From Alphaproteobacteria bacterium (lineage in GTDB: Bacteria > Pseudomonadota > Alphaproteobacteria > Bin65): a stretch of 64,000 nt of DNA. Of the stretch, positions 18,357 through 28,120 are shown one piece after another. The position numbers and the translations under genes were made by a program. The notes under the pieces are model-generated. The model was not told the DNA's origin, did not search any database, and worked only from the letters and a program-made list of their open reading frames with translations. Location of the stretch: positions 14,542-78,541 of the forward strand of contig CBDCQR010000004.1 of the NCBI GenBank assembly GCA_965220685.1, given 5' to 3'. How positions within the stretch are numbered: the first letter of the stretch is position 1; each line of letters begins with the position of its first letter.

Positions 18357-20255
18357 CTACTCCGCGGCCAGCTTCATCGGCTGGGCCTGCTGCATCCATT
18401 TCTGGAAGACGGGCTGGCGCGGCGGGTCGAGGCTGGTATCGGCCTTGCAGCGCGCCTTCAGCTCCTCGACCGTGCCGCCGGTGTCGAACAGGGCGACGTC
18501 GCCGCGCTCGGTCGCCATGCGGCTGCGCAGGGTTTCGGTCTCGCGCGCGTCCACGCTCAGATCGTCGTTCAGCACCACGCCGTAGCGCCGCGCGCCGTCG
18601 CGGGTCACCAGCCCGCGCTTCGTATCCAGCGCGACCTGCTCGGCGCTGCGCTCCAGCGGGTCGCCCCAACCGCCGCCGCCCCAGGTGTTGAAGTAGAGCG
18701 TGTCGCCGGGCTCGACATGGACGCGGTCGGCCTTCGATTCCATCCACTGCTCCGAGCCGTCGGCGCGCACCATCAGCTTGGTGCTGCGCCGGCCCGGCAG
18801 GCCGCCGTTGACGCCCCAGGGATGGGTCAGCCAGCGGTCGTCATGGATCGAGATCTCGCCCGGCTCGAGGAACTGGTAGCCCATCGAGAGCCCGTTGCCG
18901 CCGCGGTGCAGGCCGGGTCCGCCGCTGTCGGCGATCGTCTCGTATTTCACGATGCGCAGCGGGAAATAGGCTTCGAGGAACTCGTTCGGCACGTTGGTGA
19001 AGGAGGGCCACAGGGAATGGCCGTCCGGCCCGTCGCCCGCCGGCCGGCCCGGCACGCCGCCGAAGCCGATCTGGTAGAGCTGGTACCACTCGCCGGACTT
19101 GTCGTAGCCCGAATACATGAAGTGCGGGCTGTCGGAGAAGCCGGCGGCGCACAGGGCTTCCGGCGAGCCCTGGCCGAGCAGGCCGCTCATGATGTCGAAG
19201 ATGCGCGCCAGCATGTGGGTGCGCGAAGAGAGCGCGGCCGGGCGGATCGGCTTCAGGATGGTGCCGCGTGGAATGCGCACGTCGACCAGGTCGTAGAAGC
19301 CGTCGTTGAACAGGATCTGCGGATCGAAGATGTTGATGAAGAAGGAGCCGAGGAACATCTTGAACATCTCCTCGTTGAGGAGAAAGTTCACCGAGCTGAT
19401 CGACTGCGGATCGGTGCCCTCGAAATCGAAGATCACCTTCTCGCCCTCGCGCCACATGGTGCAGGCGACCTTGTAGGGCCCCATGCCGAGGCCGTCGTCG
19501 TCGATGAAATCCTCGAAATAACGGCGCGATTCCGGGATCACCATCTGGAGGATCGCGCTCATCGCCCGCTTGTTGCGGTCGAGCATCTCGTCCATCGCCG
19601 CGGCGAGCTCGTCGACGCCGAAGCGCTCGGCCATCTCGTGGACCCTGCGCTCGGCGAGGCGCAGGGCGGCGACCACGGCGTTGAAGTCAGAGCGGTTCCA
19701 GTCCGGCAGGCGGCAGTTGCGCAGGATGAGTTCGAGGATCTCCTCGTTCAGCTTGCCCTTGCGGTAGATCTTGACCGGCGGGATCTGGATGCCTTCCTCG
19801 AAGATCTGCGCCGCGTCGGTCGGCAGGCTGCCCGGCACCTTGCCGCCGATATCTGTCATGTGACCGAACATGGCGGCCCAGGCGACGATCCGGCCGTCGA
19901 TATAGATCGGCATCATGGTCAGCCAGTCGTTGAGATGGCTGATCGCGCCGTTGCACGAATAGGGATCGTTGGTCAGGAAGACGTCGCCTTCCTCGATTTC
20001 CCCGTCATAGCCCTGCTGGAAGCCCCAGAAGAAGGAGCCGAACTGGCCGACCACCATCTTGCCGTCGGCGTTGGCGATCATGGGGAAGGCGTCGTGCTGC
20101 TCGCGGATGCCGGGCGACATGGCGGTGCGGAACAGCACGGCGTCCATCTCCGTGCGCGCGTTGCGCATGGCGTTCTCGATGATGTCGAGGGTGACGGGAT
20201 CGACGTCGACCTTCTTGAACGGGGCGGTATTGGTCTGGATCAGGCGGGCTGGCAT
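18357..20255 (-). CDS. hyuB: Hydantoinase B/oxoprolinase family (N-methylhydantoinase B-like), catalytic motifs intact
   Basis: DPVTLDIIENA, TNDPYSCNGAISHLND, FGHMTDIGG, TWGGGGWGDPLER. Confidence 0.88.
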   Translation of the reverse strand: MPARLIQTNTAPFKKVDVDPVTLDIIENAMRNARTEMDAVLFRTAMSPGIREQHDAFPMIANADGKMVVGQFGSFFWGFQQGYDGEIEEGDVFLTNDPYSCNGAISHLNDWLTMMPIYIDGRIVAWAAMFGHMTDIGGKVPGSLPTDAAQIFEEGIQIPPVKIYRKGKLNEEILELILRNCRLPDWNRSDFNAVVAALRLAERRVHEMAERFGVDELAAAMDEMLDRNKRAMSAILQMVIPESRRYFEDFIDDDGLGMGPYKVACTMWREGEKVIFDFEGTDPQSISSVNFLLNEEMFKMFLGSFFINIFDPQILFNDGFYDLVDVRIPRGTILKPIRPAALSSRTHMLARIFDIMSGLLGQGSPEALCAAGFSDSPHFMYSGYDKSGEWYQLYQIGFGGVPGRPAGDGPDGHSLWPSFTNVPNEFLEAYFPLRIVKYETIADSGGPGLHRGGNGLSMGYQFLEPGEISIHDDRWLTHPWGVNGGLPGRRSTKLMVRADGSEQWMESKADRVHVEPGDTLYFNTWGGGGWGDPLERSAEQVALDTKRGLVTRDGARRYGVVLNDDLSVDARETETLRSRMATERGDVALFDTGGTVEELKARCKADTSLDPPRQPVFQKWMQQAQPMKLAAE

Positions 20256-20269
20256 GGCTGCTGTCCTCC

Positions 20270-22696
20270 CTATCGGCCGTTCATCGGGCGGATGAGGATG
20301 TTGCCGACCTCGTCCACGGCGCCGGTATGGCCGTTCAGGATCAGGGTCGTCGAATCCATCTCGGTGACGATGGCCGGTCCGGCGATGCGGTCGCCGGCCT
20401 TGAGCAGGGCGCGGTCGTAGATCTGCGCCGGGTGTTCGCGGCCTTCGATATAGACCCGCGTCTGCTCGCGGACGGCGCCGGCGGCGTCTCCGGTGCCCTG
20501 CGGCAGCTCCTCGGCCGTCGCCGCGCTTTCCCTGCCCTGCACCAGGGCGCGCAGATTGTAGGATTCGTGCATGGTGTCGAGCCGGAAGGTGAAGAGCTGC
20601 TCGTGCAGCTCGTCGAAGCGGCGCGCGACCTCGCGCAGGCCGCCCTGGGCGAAGTCCTCCGGCGTGATGTCGACGGTGAGCTGCATGCCCTGGCCGTGGT
20701 AGCGCAGGTCGATCTGGTAAAGCGCCGACTGCTCGTTGCCGGGCACGCCCTCGGCATTCAGCGCCTCGGCCGCCTGCCGGGCCAGCGCCTCCAGCGCTTC
20801 GGCGACCTCGGCGTCGGTCGTCTCGTCGAAGCGCCGCACGAAGGTGCGCGAGGCCTCGTCGCGCACCCGCGTCGTCGCATCGCCGTAGGCGCACAGCACG
20901 CCCGGCCCCGGCGGGATGATGACCGGCCAGGAATTCATCAGCCGGCCGAGCGCATTGGCGTGCAGCGGGCCGGCGCCGCCGAAGCCGATGAGCGCAAAAT
21001 CGCGCGGATCGAAGCCCTGCTCGACCGAGACCAGCCGCAGCGCGCCGAACATGTTCTCGTTGACGATGTCGACGATGCCCTCGGCCGCCGCCTTGAGCGG
21101 CAGATCCATCCCCTTGGCGACCTTGCCGACCGCCTCCTCGGCCGCCCGGTAATCGAGCGCCATCTCGCCGCCCAGCCGGGCGCCGGACGGCAGGTAGCCG
21201 AGCACGACGTTGGCGTCGGTCACGGTCGGCTCGCCGCCGCCCTTGCCGTAGGCCGCAGGGCCCGGCTCGGCGCCGGCGCTCTGCGGCCCGACGCGCAACG
21301 CTTTCGTCAACTCCGGCACATAGGCGATCGAGCCGCCGCCAGCGCCGACCGTGCGCACGTCGACCGACGACGCGCGCACCGTCACATCGCCGACCCGCGT
21401 CTCGCGCCGCGTCTGGGCGACGCCTTTCTGGATCAGCGCCACGTCGGTCGAGGTGCCGCCCATGTCGAAGGTCAGCAGGTTGTCGTAGCCGGCCTGCCGG
21501 GCCATCCAGATGGCGCCGGAAACGCCGCCGGCCGGGCCGCTCATCAGCAGGTTGACCGGCGTCGCCTTGGCCGCATCCGCGCTCGCCAAGCCGCCGTCGG
21601 AGCGCAGGATGTGCAGCTGCACGCCGTTCATGCGCCGGTCGAGCTCGGCGTTGAGGCTCTCGATGTAGCGGGAGACCACCGGGCGGATGTAGGAGTTCAC
21701 GACCGTCGTTTCGGTCCGCTCGTATTCGTACATCTCCGGCACGACCTCGGAGGAAATCGAGATCGGCACGCCGGGCAGGATCTCCTCGGCAATGCGCCGG
21801 ATGCGCTGCTCGTGGACGCCGCTGGCATAGGCGTTCATCAGCGAGACGGTCAGCGCCTCGATGCCCTCGCCGCTCAGCCTCTGAAGGTCGCGGCGCAGCG
21901 CGTCCTCGTCCAGCGGCTCGACGATCTCGCCCTTCGCCCCGGTCCGCTCGTCGGCCTCGATGGTCAGTTCCAGCGGCGCCAGGGGATCGGCCTTGTTGAA
22001 GATCACCCAGCCGCCCAGGCCGCCCGGCACATAGGAGCGCGCGATCTGGAGCGTCTGCTTGTAGCCCTTGGTCGTAACCAGGCCGACCCGCGCGCCGGTC
22101 TGCGTCAGGATCGTGTTGGTGGCGACCGTCGTACCGTGCATCACCGCGCCGATATCGGTCGGCCCGATCCCGGCGTAGCCGCAGATGCGCTCGATGCCGT
22201 GCAGCACGCCCTGGGCAGAATCCTGCGGCGTCGAGGGCACCTTGGCGGTCCAGGCGTGGCCGGTTTCCTCCTCGATCAGCAACAGGTCGGTAAAGGTGCC
22301 GCCGACATCGACGCCGAGCCGATAGCCGCCGCCGACGACAGCGCGCCGGCGCGGCCGGGCCATCGGAGCCGGGCGGCGCGCGGCGGCGGCGCTGTCGGGA
22401 AGCGAGCGGGCCTCGCGGGCCTCGATCGCGGCGCCGTCGCCATTGCCTCGGCCGACCTCGGGAACGAACCGTCCGTCGCCGTCGCTGGGCGGCGGCGCGG
22501 GCGCCCGCGCTTCGATGCCGTCGCCGTTCGTGCGGGCGGGAGGCGGCGTCGAAGACGGTTCCGTGGGGGCCGCCGGCCCGCCGGGTTCCGATGCGGGTCT
22601 CGCCGCCTCGCCGTTGCCCAGCTTGTCGATCTGCTCCTGCAGATCGGCGAGTTTGCTGTCGAACCAGTTTGTCAGATCGCTGCCGGAACTGCTCAT
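20270..22696 (-). CDS. hyuA: Hydantoinase A/oxoprolinase family (N-methylhydantoinase A-like) with ~124-aa N-terminal extension
   Basis: GVDVGGTFTD, HGTTVATN, SGPAGG, DMGGTSTDV, GAGGGS, FGGAGPLH. Confidence 0.88.
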   Translation of the reverse strand: MSSSGSDLTNWFDSKLADLQEQIDKLGNGEAARPASEPGGPAAPTEPSSTPPPARTNGDGIEARAPAPPPSDGDGRFVPEVGRGNGDGAAIEAREARSLPDSAAAARRPAPMARPRRRAVVGGGYRLGVDVGGTFTDLLLIEEETGHAWTAKVPSTPQDSAQGVLHGIERICGYAGIGPTDIGAVMHGTTVATNTILTQTGARVGLVTTKGYKQTLQIARSYVPGGLGGWVIFNKADPLAPLELTIEADERTGAKGEIVEPLDEDALRRDLQRLSGEGIEALTVSLMNAYASGVHEQRIRRIAEEILPGVPISISSEVVPEMYEYERTETTVVNSYIRPVVSRYIESLNAELDRRMNGVQLHILRSDGGLASADAAKATPVNLLMSGPAGGVSGAIWMARQAGYDNLLTFDMGGTSTDVALIQKGVAQTRRETRVGDVTVRASSVDVRTVGAGGGSIAYVPELTKALRVGPQSAGAEPGPAAYGKGGGEPTVTDANVVLGYLPSGARLGGEMALDYRAAEEAVGKVAKGMDLPLKAAAEGIVDIVNENMFGALRLVSVEQGFDPRDFALIGFGGAGPLHANALGRLMNSWPVIIPPGPGVLCAYGDATTRVRDEASRTFVRRFDETTDAEVAEALEALARQAAEALNAEGVPGNEQSALYQIDLRYHGQGMQLTVDITPEDFAQGGLREVARRFDELHEQLFTFRLDTMHESYNLRALVQGRESAATAEELPQGTGDAAGAVREQTRVYIEGREHPAQIYDRALLKAGDRIAGPAIVTEMDSTTLILNGHTGAVDEVGNILIRPMNGR

Positions 22697-22709
22697 CGGG
22701 CGTCTCTCG

Positions 22710-23369
22710 TCATTTCGGCTCGTGGCGGTTGAGGCCGCGCCACGCTTCGAGCCAGCCGATCACCGAATCTGCGTCGGTAATATCACAATAGCGCCGGCCG
22801 ATGTCGCGGAGATTATCGCGGTGCGGCGCTTCATGATGGTCGCCGACGCAGTCCTCGGGAACGATGGTGCGGAAGCCCCACTGGAAACTGTCGACCGCGG
22901 ACGCCCGCACGCAGCCGCTGGTCACGCAGCCGGTGACGATCACGGTATCGACCCGCTCTTTCGCAAAGAAGGCGACCAGCGGCGTCTGGAAGAAGATCGA
23001 CGCGCCGGACTTGCAGAAGGCGACATCGTAGGACGGATCGTGGATGCGCGGATCGAGCTGCGTGGACGGATGGCCGTGCACCAGGTCTTCGATCACCGCC
23101 TGGACCTTCCAGTAGGGCCGGTCCCGACCGGTCGCCGAATAGGCGGTATAGCAGGAGGCGACGGGTACATTGGCCCGGCGCGCCACGTCCAGCAGCCGCG
23201 CGGTATTGCCGACTGCGCGTTCGATCAGCGGCGCGCCGCCCAGCGCGTATCGCGGTTCGGTGAAGGCGGTCTGGAAATCGACGACGATGATGCCGGGCCG
23301 GCCGCCATAGCCGATCCCGGCTGCTCCATAGGTCCGGTCGACATAGGTTTCGCTCGATGGGTCGGTCAT
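22710..23369 (-). CDS. Isochorismatase family cysteine hydrolase (maleamate/carbamoyl amidohydrolase-like)
   Basis: GGAGG RBS; IVVDFQ, KSGASIF, GCVTSGCVRASAVD. Confidence 0.85.
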   Translation of the reverse strand: MTDPSSETYVDRTYGAAGIGYGGRPGIIVVDFQTAFTEPRYALGGAPLIERAVGNTARLLDVARRANVPVASCYTAYSATGRDRPYWKVQAVIEDLVHGHPSTQLDPRIHDPSYDVAFCKSGASIFFQTPLVAFFAKERVDTVIVTGCVTSGCVRASAVDSFQWGFRTIVPEDCVGDHHEAPHRDNLRDIGRRYCDITDADSVIGWLEAWRGLNRHEPK

Positions 23370-23498
23370 GGTTTCCTCCGGCAACGGCGGGCGCCAGAAA
23401 ACCAGATTGCCGGCGGAGAGTCCAAGCCGTTTGGAATTCAGGGGCGAACAGGCTAACGTCCGGCCGCCGCCCGACGGCACACCCTGGACGGAGCTTCG

Positions 23499-24560
23499 AT
23501 GGACGCGAGGTCGACAGCTTTTCTGGAAATCATGATCGGCATCGCCGTTGTCGGCCTGCTGGCCTTCCTGGTGCTGCTGCTGGCCGGGCGCATCCGCATG
23601 GCGACGTCCGCCGGCGCGCGCCAGCTCAACATCCGCTGGCCGCAGATCGTTCTGGCGCTCGTCCTGCTCGTCGCCGTCGCCCTGATCGTCGTGTGGCAGT
23701 TTCCGCCGCTCGACGGCGATCCGGCGCAGGCGAAGGCCGACCGGTGGCGCAGCGACCCCGACGCGCTCGCCTTTTTCATCGTGATGCTGGCGGTCGCCGG
23801 CGGCGCGGTCCTCATCTTTCTGGCAACCCTGGTCATCCGGGCCCATCCGCGTCTGACCGCGGCGCCCGCCGGCGAGGAAGAAGCGGCGGACGCGACCGCG
23901 CCCGCCACCGTCGAAGCGCCGTCCGCGGGGCGGCTGTTCGGCCTGCTGCTGCCGGTCGCGGCGATCCTGCTATTGTGCTGGATCGCCCTCAAGCCCGAGC
24001 AGCAATACGCGATTGTGCTGTATCTGCTGTATCCGGCGTCGTTCGCGGTCGCCCTGGTCATGCTGTTCGACAAGGCGACCCGGTCGTGGAGCGCCAAGAA
24101 TGGCGGCGAATCCTTCCGCGAATGGCTGCTCTGCGACCTGCTGGTCTTTTTCCTGATCCTCGGTTTCCTGAACCTGCTGGAGTCGGCGGCGGGCGCAAAA
24201 TACGAGGCGCTGATCTGGGACATGCTGCACCTGGCGGCGTTCTTCCTGGTCTTCTGGCTGCTCGACCGCCGGCTGACGCGGCTCCGCTTCCTGGCCGCCT
24301 ATCTCTACCTGACGCTGCTGCCTATCCTGCTGCTGATCTGGCGCGCGATGCAGGGCGTCCCGGCAGCCAAGGATCCGTCCTGGTGGGAAACGATCTGGCC
24401 GCTCTTCTCCCTCGGCGTCATCTTCTTCATTCTGGAACTGATCGCAGTGATCGCGTCGCGCGACCGGGACAAGCAGGCCGTGCCGGCGATCAAGGACGGC
24501 CTCTATGTCGTCCTCGTCGGCATCGCGCTGATCGCGGCGGTCCCGGCGGCGGAAGGATAG
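23499..24560 (+). CDS. Uncharacterised polytopic membrane protein (roughly 9-10 TM)
   Basis: 353 aa with many hydrophobic helices; 7 bp upstream of the amidase gene. Confidence 0.75.
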   Translation: MDARSTAFLEIMIGIAVVGLLAFLVLLLAGRIRMATSAGARQLNIRWPQIVLALVLLVAVALIVVWQFPPLDGDPAQAKADRWRSDPDALAFFIVMLAVAGGAVLIFLATLVIRAHPRLTAAPAGEEEAADATAPATVEAPSAGRLFGLLLPVAAILLLCWIALKPEQQYAIVLYLLYPASFAVALVMLFDKATRSWSAKNGGESFREWLLCDLLVFFLILGFLNLLESAAGAKYEALIWDMLHLAAFFLVFWLLDRRLTRLRFLAAYLYLTLLPILLLIWRAMQGVPAAKDPSWWETIWPLFSLGVIFFILELIAVIASRDRDKQAVPAIKDGLYVVLVGIALIAAVPAAEG

Positions 24561-24567
24561 GCATACA

Positions 24568-25968
24568 ATGAACGAACTGGCCTGGATGCCGATCGCCGAC
24601 CTGGCGGAGAATATCCGGAAGAAGCGGGTTTCGCCGGTCGAGGCCGTGGAGGCCTGCCTCGACCGGATCGAGCGGCTGAACGACGGGCTGCGCGCCTTTA
24701 TCTCGGTCTATCCGGACCTGGCGCTGGCCGACGCCCGCGCCGCCGAGGCGACGGTCATGGCGGGCGACGATCCCGGCCCGCTGCACGGCGTGCCGCTGGC
24801 CATCAAGGACCTGTTCGCCGTGCGCGGCATGGTGCGGACCTGCGGCTCGCGCCTGATTGCCGAAGGTCCGGGCGCTGCGGACGCCGAATCCGTCGCCGCC
24901 CTGCGCGCGGCGGGCGGCATCGTCGTCGGCCTCGCCAACCTGCACGAATTTGCCTTCGGCCCGACCGGGATCAACCCGCATTTCGGCACGGCGCAGAACC
25001 CGTGGGACCGCAGCAAGGTGTGCGGCGGATCGAGCAGCGGTTCGGGCTGCGCCGTGGCGGCCGGACTGGTTCCGGGCGCCATGGGCACGGACACCGGCGG
25101 TTCCGTGCGCATCCCGGCAACGCTGTGCGGGATCGTCGGACTGAAACCGACCCACCTGCGCATCAGCCAGCAGGGCATCTATCCGCTCGCCGGCGAGTTC
25201 GATACCGGCGGGCCGATGACCCGCTCGGTCGCCGACACCGCGCTGATGATGGCGGCGCTCGACCCGGCCGGCGGATTCGGCCGGCACCGGGCCCTGCCAT
25301 CGCTCGACGGCATCCGGATCGGCGCGCTGCAATCCCTGTTCGAGAGCGAAATCGACCCGGAAATCGGCAGGCTGACTCGCGCGGCCCTGGCGACGCTCGA
25401 AACGCTGGGCGCGGAGATCGAGCGCCTCGACCTGCCGTTCGCGGACGATGCGGTGGCGGCGTGGACGACGATCGCACTCGGCCGGGTCTACGCCCTGCAC
25501 GGCGCGCGCGCCGAGGCGGCGGACAGCAAGCTCTCGCCCAGCGTCCGCGAACGCGTTCTCACCGGACGGGACATATCCTCAGCGGATGTCGACAAGGCAC
25601 TGGCGATCCAGCAGGCAGTGCAGGCGCAGATATCGGACCTCATGCAGCGGTTCGATGCCTTCGTCCTGCCGACGACGCCGATTCCGGCGGTCGACGCCGC
25701 CGACGGGCAGGGCATCCTGAACGGCGCCCCGGTCGACGGTACGGCGGCGCTCGGGCGGTTGGCCCGCATGGCGTCCTTCACCGGCCAGCCGGCGGTCTCG
25801 GTTCCCAGCGGCCTGACATCCGGCGGACTGCCGGCCGGGCTGCAACTGATCGGCGACTGGAATTGCGACGAGAGACTGCTCGAAATCGCGGCCTGCTATG
25901 AAGCCGCGGGCGGCTGGGCCGGCCGGCGCCCGCCGATGGCCGACGCGGAAGAAAAGCGGGCAGGCTAA
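24568..25968 (+). CDS. Amidase signature family enzyme
   Basis: LHGVPLAIKD, GGSSSGSG, GTDTGGSVRIP. Confidence 0.92.
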   Translation: MNELAWMPIADLAENIRKKRVSPVEAVEACLDRIERLNDGLRAFISVYPDLALADARAAEATVMAGDDPGPLHGVPLAIKDLFAVRGMVRTCGSRLIAEGPGAADAESVAALRAAGGIVVGLANLHEFAFGPTGINPHFGTAQNPWDRSKVCGGSSSGSGCAVAAGLVPGAMGTDTGGSVRIPATLCGIVGLKPTHLRISQQGIYPLAGEFDTGGPMTRSVADTALMMAALDPAGGFGRHRALPSLDGIRIGALQSLFESEIDPEIGRLTRAALATLETLGAEIERLDLPFADDAVAAWTTIALGRVYALHGARAEAADSKLSPSVRERVLTGRDISSADVDKALAIQQAVQAQISDLMQRFDAFVLPTTPIPAVDAADGQGILNGAPVDGTAALGRLARMASFTGQPAVSVPSGLTSGGLPAGLQLIGDWNCDERLLEIAACYEAAGGWAGRRPPMADAEEKRAG

Positions 25969-26083
25969 TGCCGATTTGCCTAACCCTTCCGTCTTCGGCT
26001 ATTGAGCGTCACGGGCCGGAACGCGGATCGTACGTCCGGCCCGGAAGCGGCGGCAAGGGAATCGGCAACAGGGGAGGCAAGCG

Positions 26084-26551
26084 ATGAGCGGTTGGGGGTG
26101 GTTCTGGACGCTCGTCGGCTTTCTCGTCTACATCGTCGTCCTGATATTCCTGTTCTTCTACAAGCCGTTCGAAGAACTGTTCAATTTCATCATCGCGGAC
26201 ACGACCTTCGACAACGTCGTGTTCTGGGCGGCGCTGCTTACCGGCATCGTCGGCTTCTGCGGATATCACTGGCGGGCCTACCGGCTGCACATCGTCGAAC
26301 AGCGCAGTATGGAGAATATGGTGCTGAGTTCGCTGCGCGGCTCGACCTTCATCGCCATCCTGATCGGCGCCGGCGCGACGCTGCAATCGGTCCAGACCCT
26401 GATCGTCTATCTGGTGCGCGAGCCGGTCGTCCTCGGCCCGGACCTCGGCAAACGGATCGCCGCCGTCCTGGCGCTGATCGTGCTGACCGGCGTGTTCTCG
26501 ATCATCTTCTGGCTGCTGCGGCTGGTCCGCTTCCACACCGAACGCGCCTGA
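26084..26551 (+). CDS. Uncharacterised 4-TM membrane protein (paralogue of 39473-39991)
   Basis: GGGAGG RBS; four hydrophobic segments. Confidence 0.72.
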   Translation: MSGWGWFWTLVGFLVYIVVLIFLFFYKPFEELFNFIIADTTFDNVVFWAALLTGIVGFCGYHWRAYRLHIVEQRSMENMVLSSLRGSTFIAILIGAGATLQSVQTLIVYLVREPVVLGPDLGKRIAAVLALIVLTGVFSIIFWLLRLVRFHTERA

Positions 26552-26701
26552 CCTGCCGGCGCGGCTTTTCGGTTTGCGGTTTCCCCGTTGACTTGTATGG
26601 TGTGACAGGTTGCGCCGTTTCGCAGCGCGCCGCACCGCCATGGGGCGGAAAGCGGCGGCGGGACGGGCCAACCCCGTTTTTCTCTAGGGAGGAATCCAAG
26701 A

Positions 26702-27985
26702 ATGACCATGCCGAGAAAACCGACATTGCACGAGACGAAGACCGGCCTCTCGCGCCGCCGTTTCGTGCTGACAACCGCAGGCGCCGCCGCGGCCGGAACC
26801 ATGACCGGTGCGCCGGCCATCGTCTATGGCGCCGAATCGATCCGGACCATCGGCTTGGGCGTCAGCATCATCAACGAGATCCAGAGCCGGGCGTCGAAAG
26901 ACACCGGCGACAAGATCCGCGGCCAGGCGCTCGGCTACGGCGCCATGGTCGGCAAGATGCTGAACCAGAACGACCAGTACGAAGTCGGCGAAGGCTACTT
27001 CAACGACATGGATCTGATGATCCCGGCGAAAGTCTGGCAGCCGATCGACACCAAGCGCATCAAGAACTGGGACAAGGTCTCCGACCTGACCAAGACCGGC
27101 CGCCTGACGCCGGGCTCGAGCCTGGGACAGGGCGATGCGCCGTTCCGCCATCTCTGGCTGAACAAGGACGGCAGCCGGGCCAAGGGACCGTCGCGCTACA
27201 TCTCCATGCTGCCGGGCTGGCACAACGCCGATTCGATCGGCTACAACCCGGAGGAGACCGGCCGCAAGATCGAGAGCTGGGCCGAGTTGTTCCACGCCGA
27301 CTTCAGGGGCAAGGTCGCGCTGGTGAACGCGCCCCAGATCGGCACGATGGACGCCGCCATGGCCGTCGAGGCCATGGGCCTGATGAAGTTCGGCAACAAG
27401 GGCGACATGACCCGGGCCGAGATCGACCAGCTGGTCAACTTCCTGATCAAGAAGAAGAAGGAAGGCCACTTCCGCGCCTTCTGGGAAACCTTCGGCCAGT
27501 CGGTCAACCTGATGGTGAGCGGCGAAGTCGCGATCCAGAGCATGTGGTCGCCGGCGGTTACCGCCGTGAAGGCCGAAGGCGTGCCCTGCATCTACGCGGC
27601 GCCGAAGGAAGGCATGCGCGGCTGGCACGGCGGCTGCGCCATCTCCGCCAAGGTAACCGGCAAGAAGCTTGACGCCGCCTACGAGTATCTCAACTGGTGG
27701 CTGGACGGCTGGGGCGGCGCGTTCGTCGCCCGCCAGGGCTACTACATGTCGGTGTGGAGCAACGTGAAGGACCATCTCTCGCAGGAGGAATGGGACTTCT
27801 GGTACCTCGGCAAGCCCGCCGCCAAGGAACTGAACGATCCGTTCGGCACGCCGATCGTCAAGAAGGGCGAGATCCGCGACGGCGGTTCCTACGAGGCGCG
27901 CTTCAAGAACATCGCGGTCTGGAACTCGCTCATGAAGGAGAACGACTACCTCGTGAAGCGCTGGACCGAGTTCCTGAGCGCCTGA
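26702..27985 (+). CDS. ABC transporter substrate-binding protein, PotD/PotF-like, Tat-exported
   Basis: Twin-arginine SRRRFV signal; NADSIGYN, YAAPKEG.RGW, AYEYLNWW. Confidence 0.85.
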   Translation: MTMPRKPTLHETKTGLSRRRFVLTTAGAAAAGTMTGAPAIVYGAESIRTIGLGVSIINEIQSRASKDTGDKIRGQALGYGAMVGKMLNQNDQYEVGEGYFNDMDLMIPAKVWQPIDTKRIKNWDKVSDLTKTGRLTPGSSLGQGDAPFRHLWLNKDGSRAKGPSRYISMLPGWHNADSIGYNPEETGRKIESWAELFHADFRGKVALVNAPQIGTMDAAMAVEAMGLMKFGNKGDMTRAEIDQLVNFLIKKKKEGHFRAFWETFGQSVNLMVSGEVAIQSMWSPAVTAVKAEGVPCIYAAPKEGMRGWHGGCAISAKVTGKKLDAAYEYLNWWLDGWGGAFVARQGYYMSVWSNVKDHLSQEEWDFWYLGKPAAKELNDPFGTPIVKKGEIRDGGSYEARFKNIAVWNSLMKENDYLVKRWTEFLSA

Positions 27986-28025
27986 CGGGCTTAAGCACGC
28001 CGGCCTTCAGGGCCGAAGCGGCAAG

Positions 28026-28054
28026 GCAGGGGCGGGGCCGGTTCCCGCCCCTGC
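28026..28054 (+). terminator. GC-rich hairpin after the binding-protein gene (attenuator or mRNA stabiliser)
   Basis: Perfect 11-bp stem GCAGGGGCGGG/CCCGCCCCTGC with a 7-nt loop; no U-tract. Confidence 0.4.
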
Positions 28055-28120
28055 GGCGCTGTCCCGATTCTTCCCCTTTCGTCCGCCCGGCCTCCACGGC
28101 GGGCGCCGTTTGACGTCGCT

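Noticed and set aside
18717-22732. Long plus-strand ORFs opposite hyuAB
   Set aside because: Shadow frames of the hydantoinase genes.
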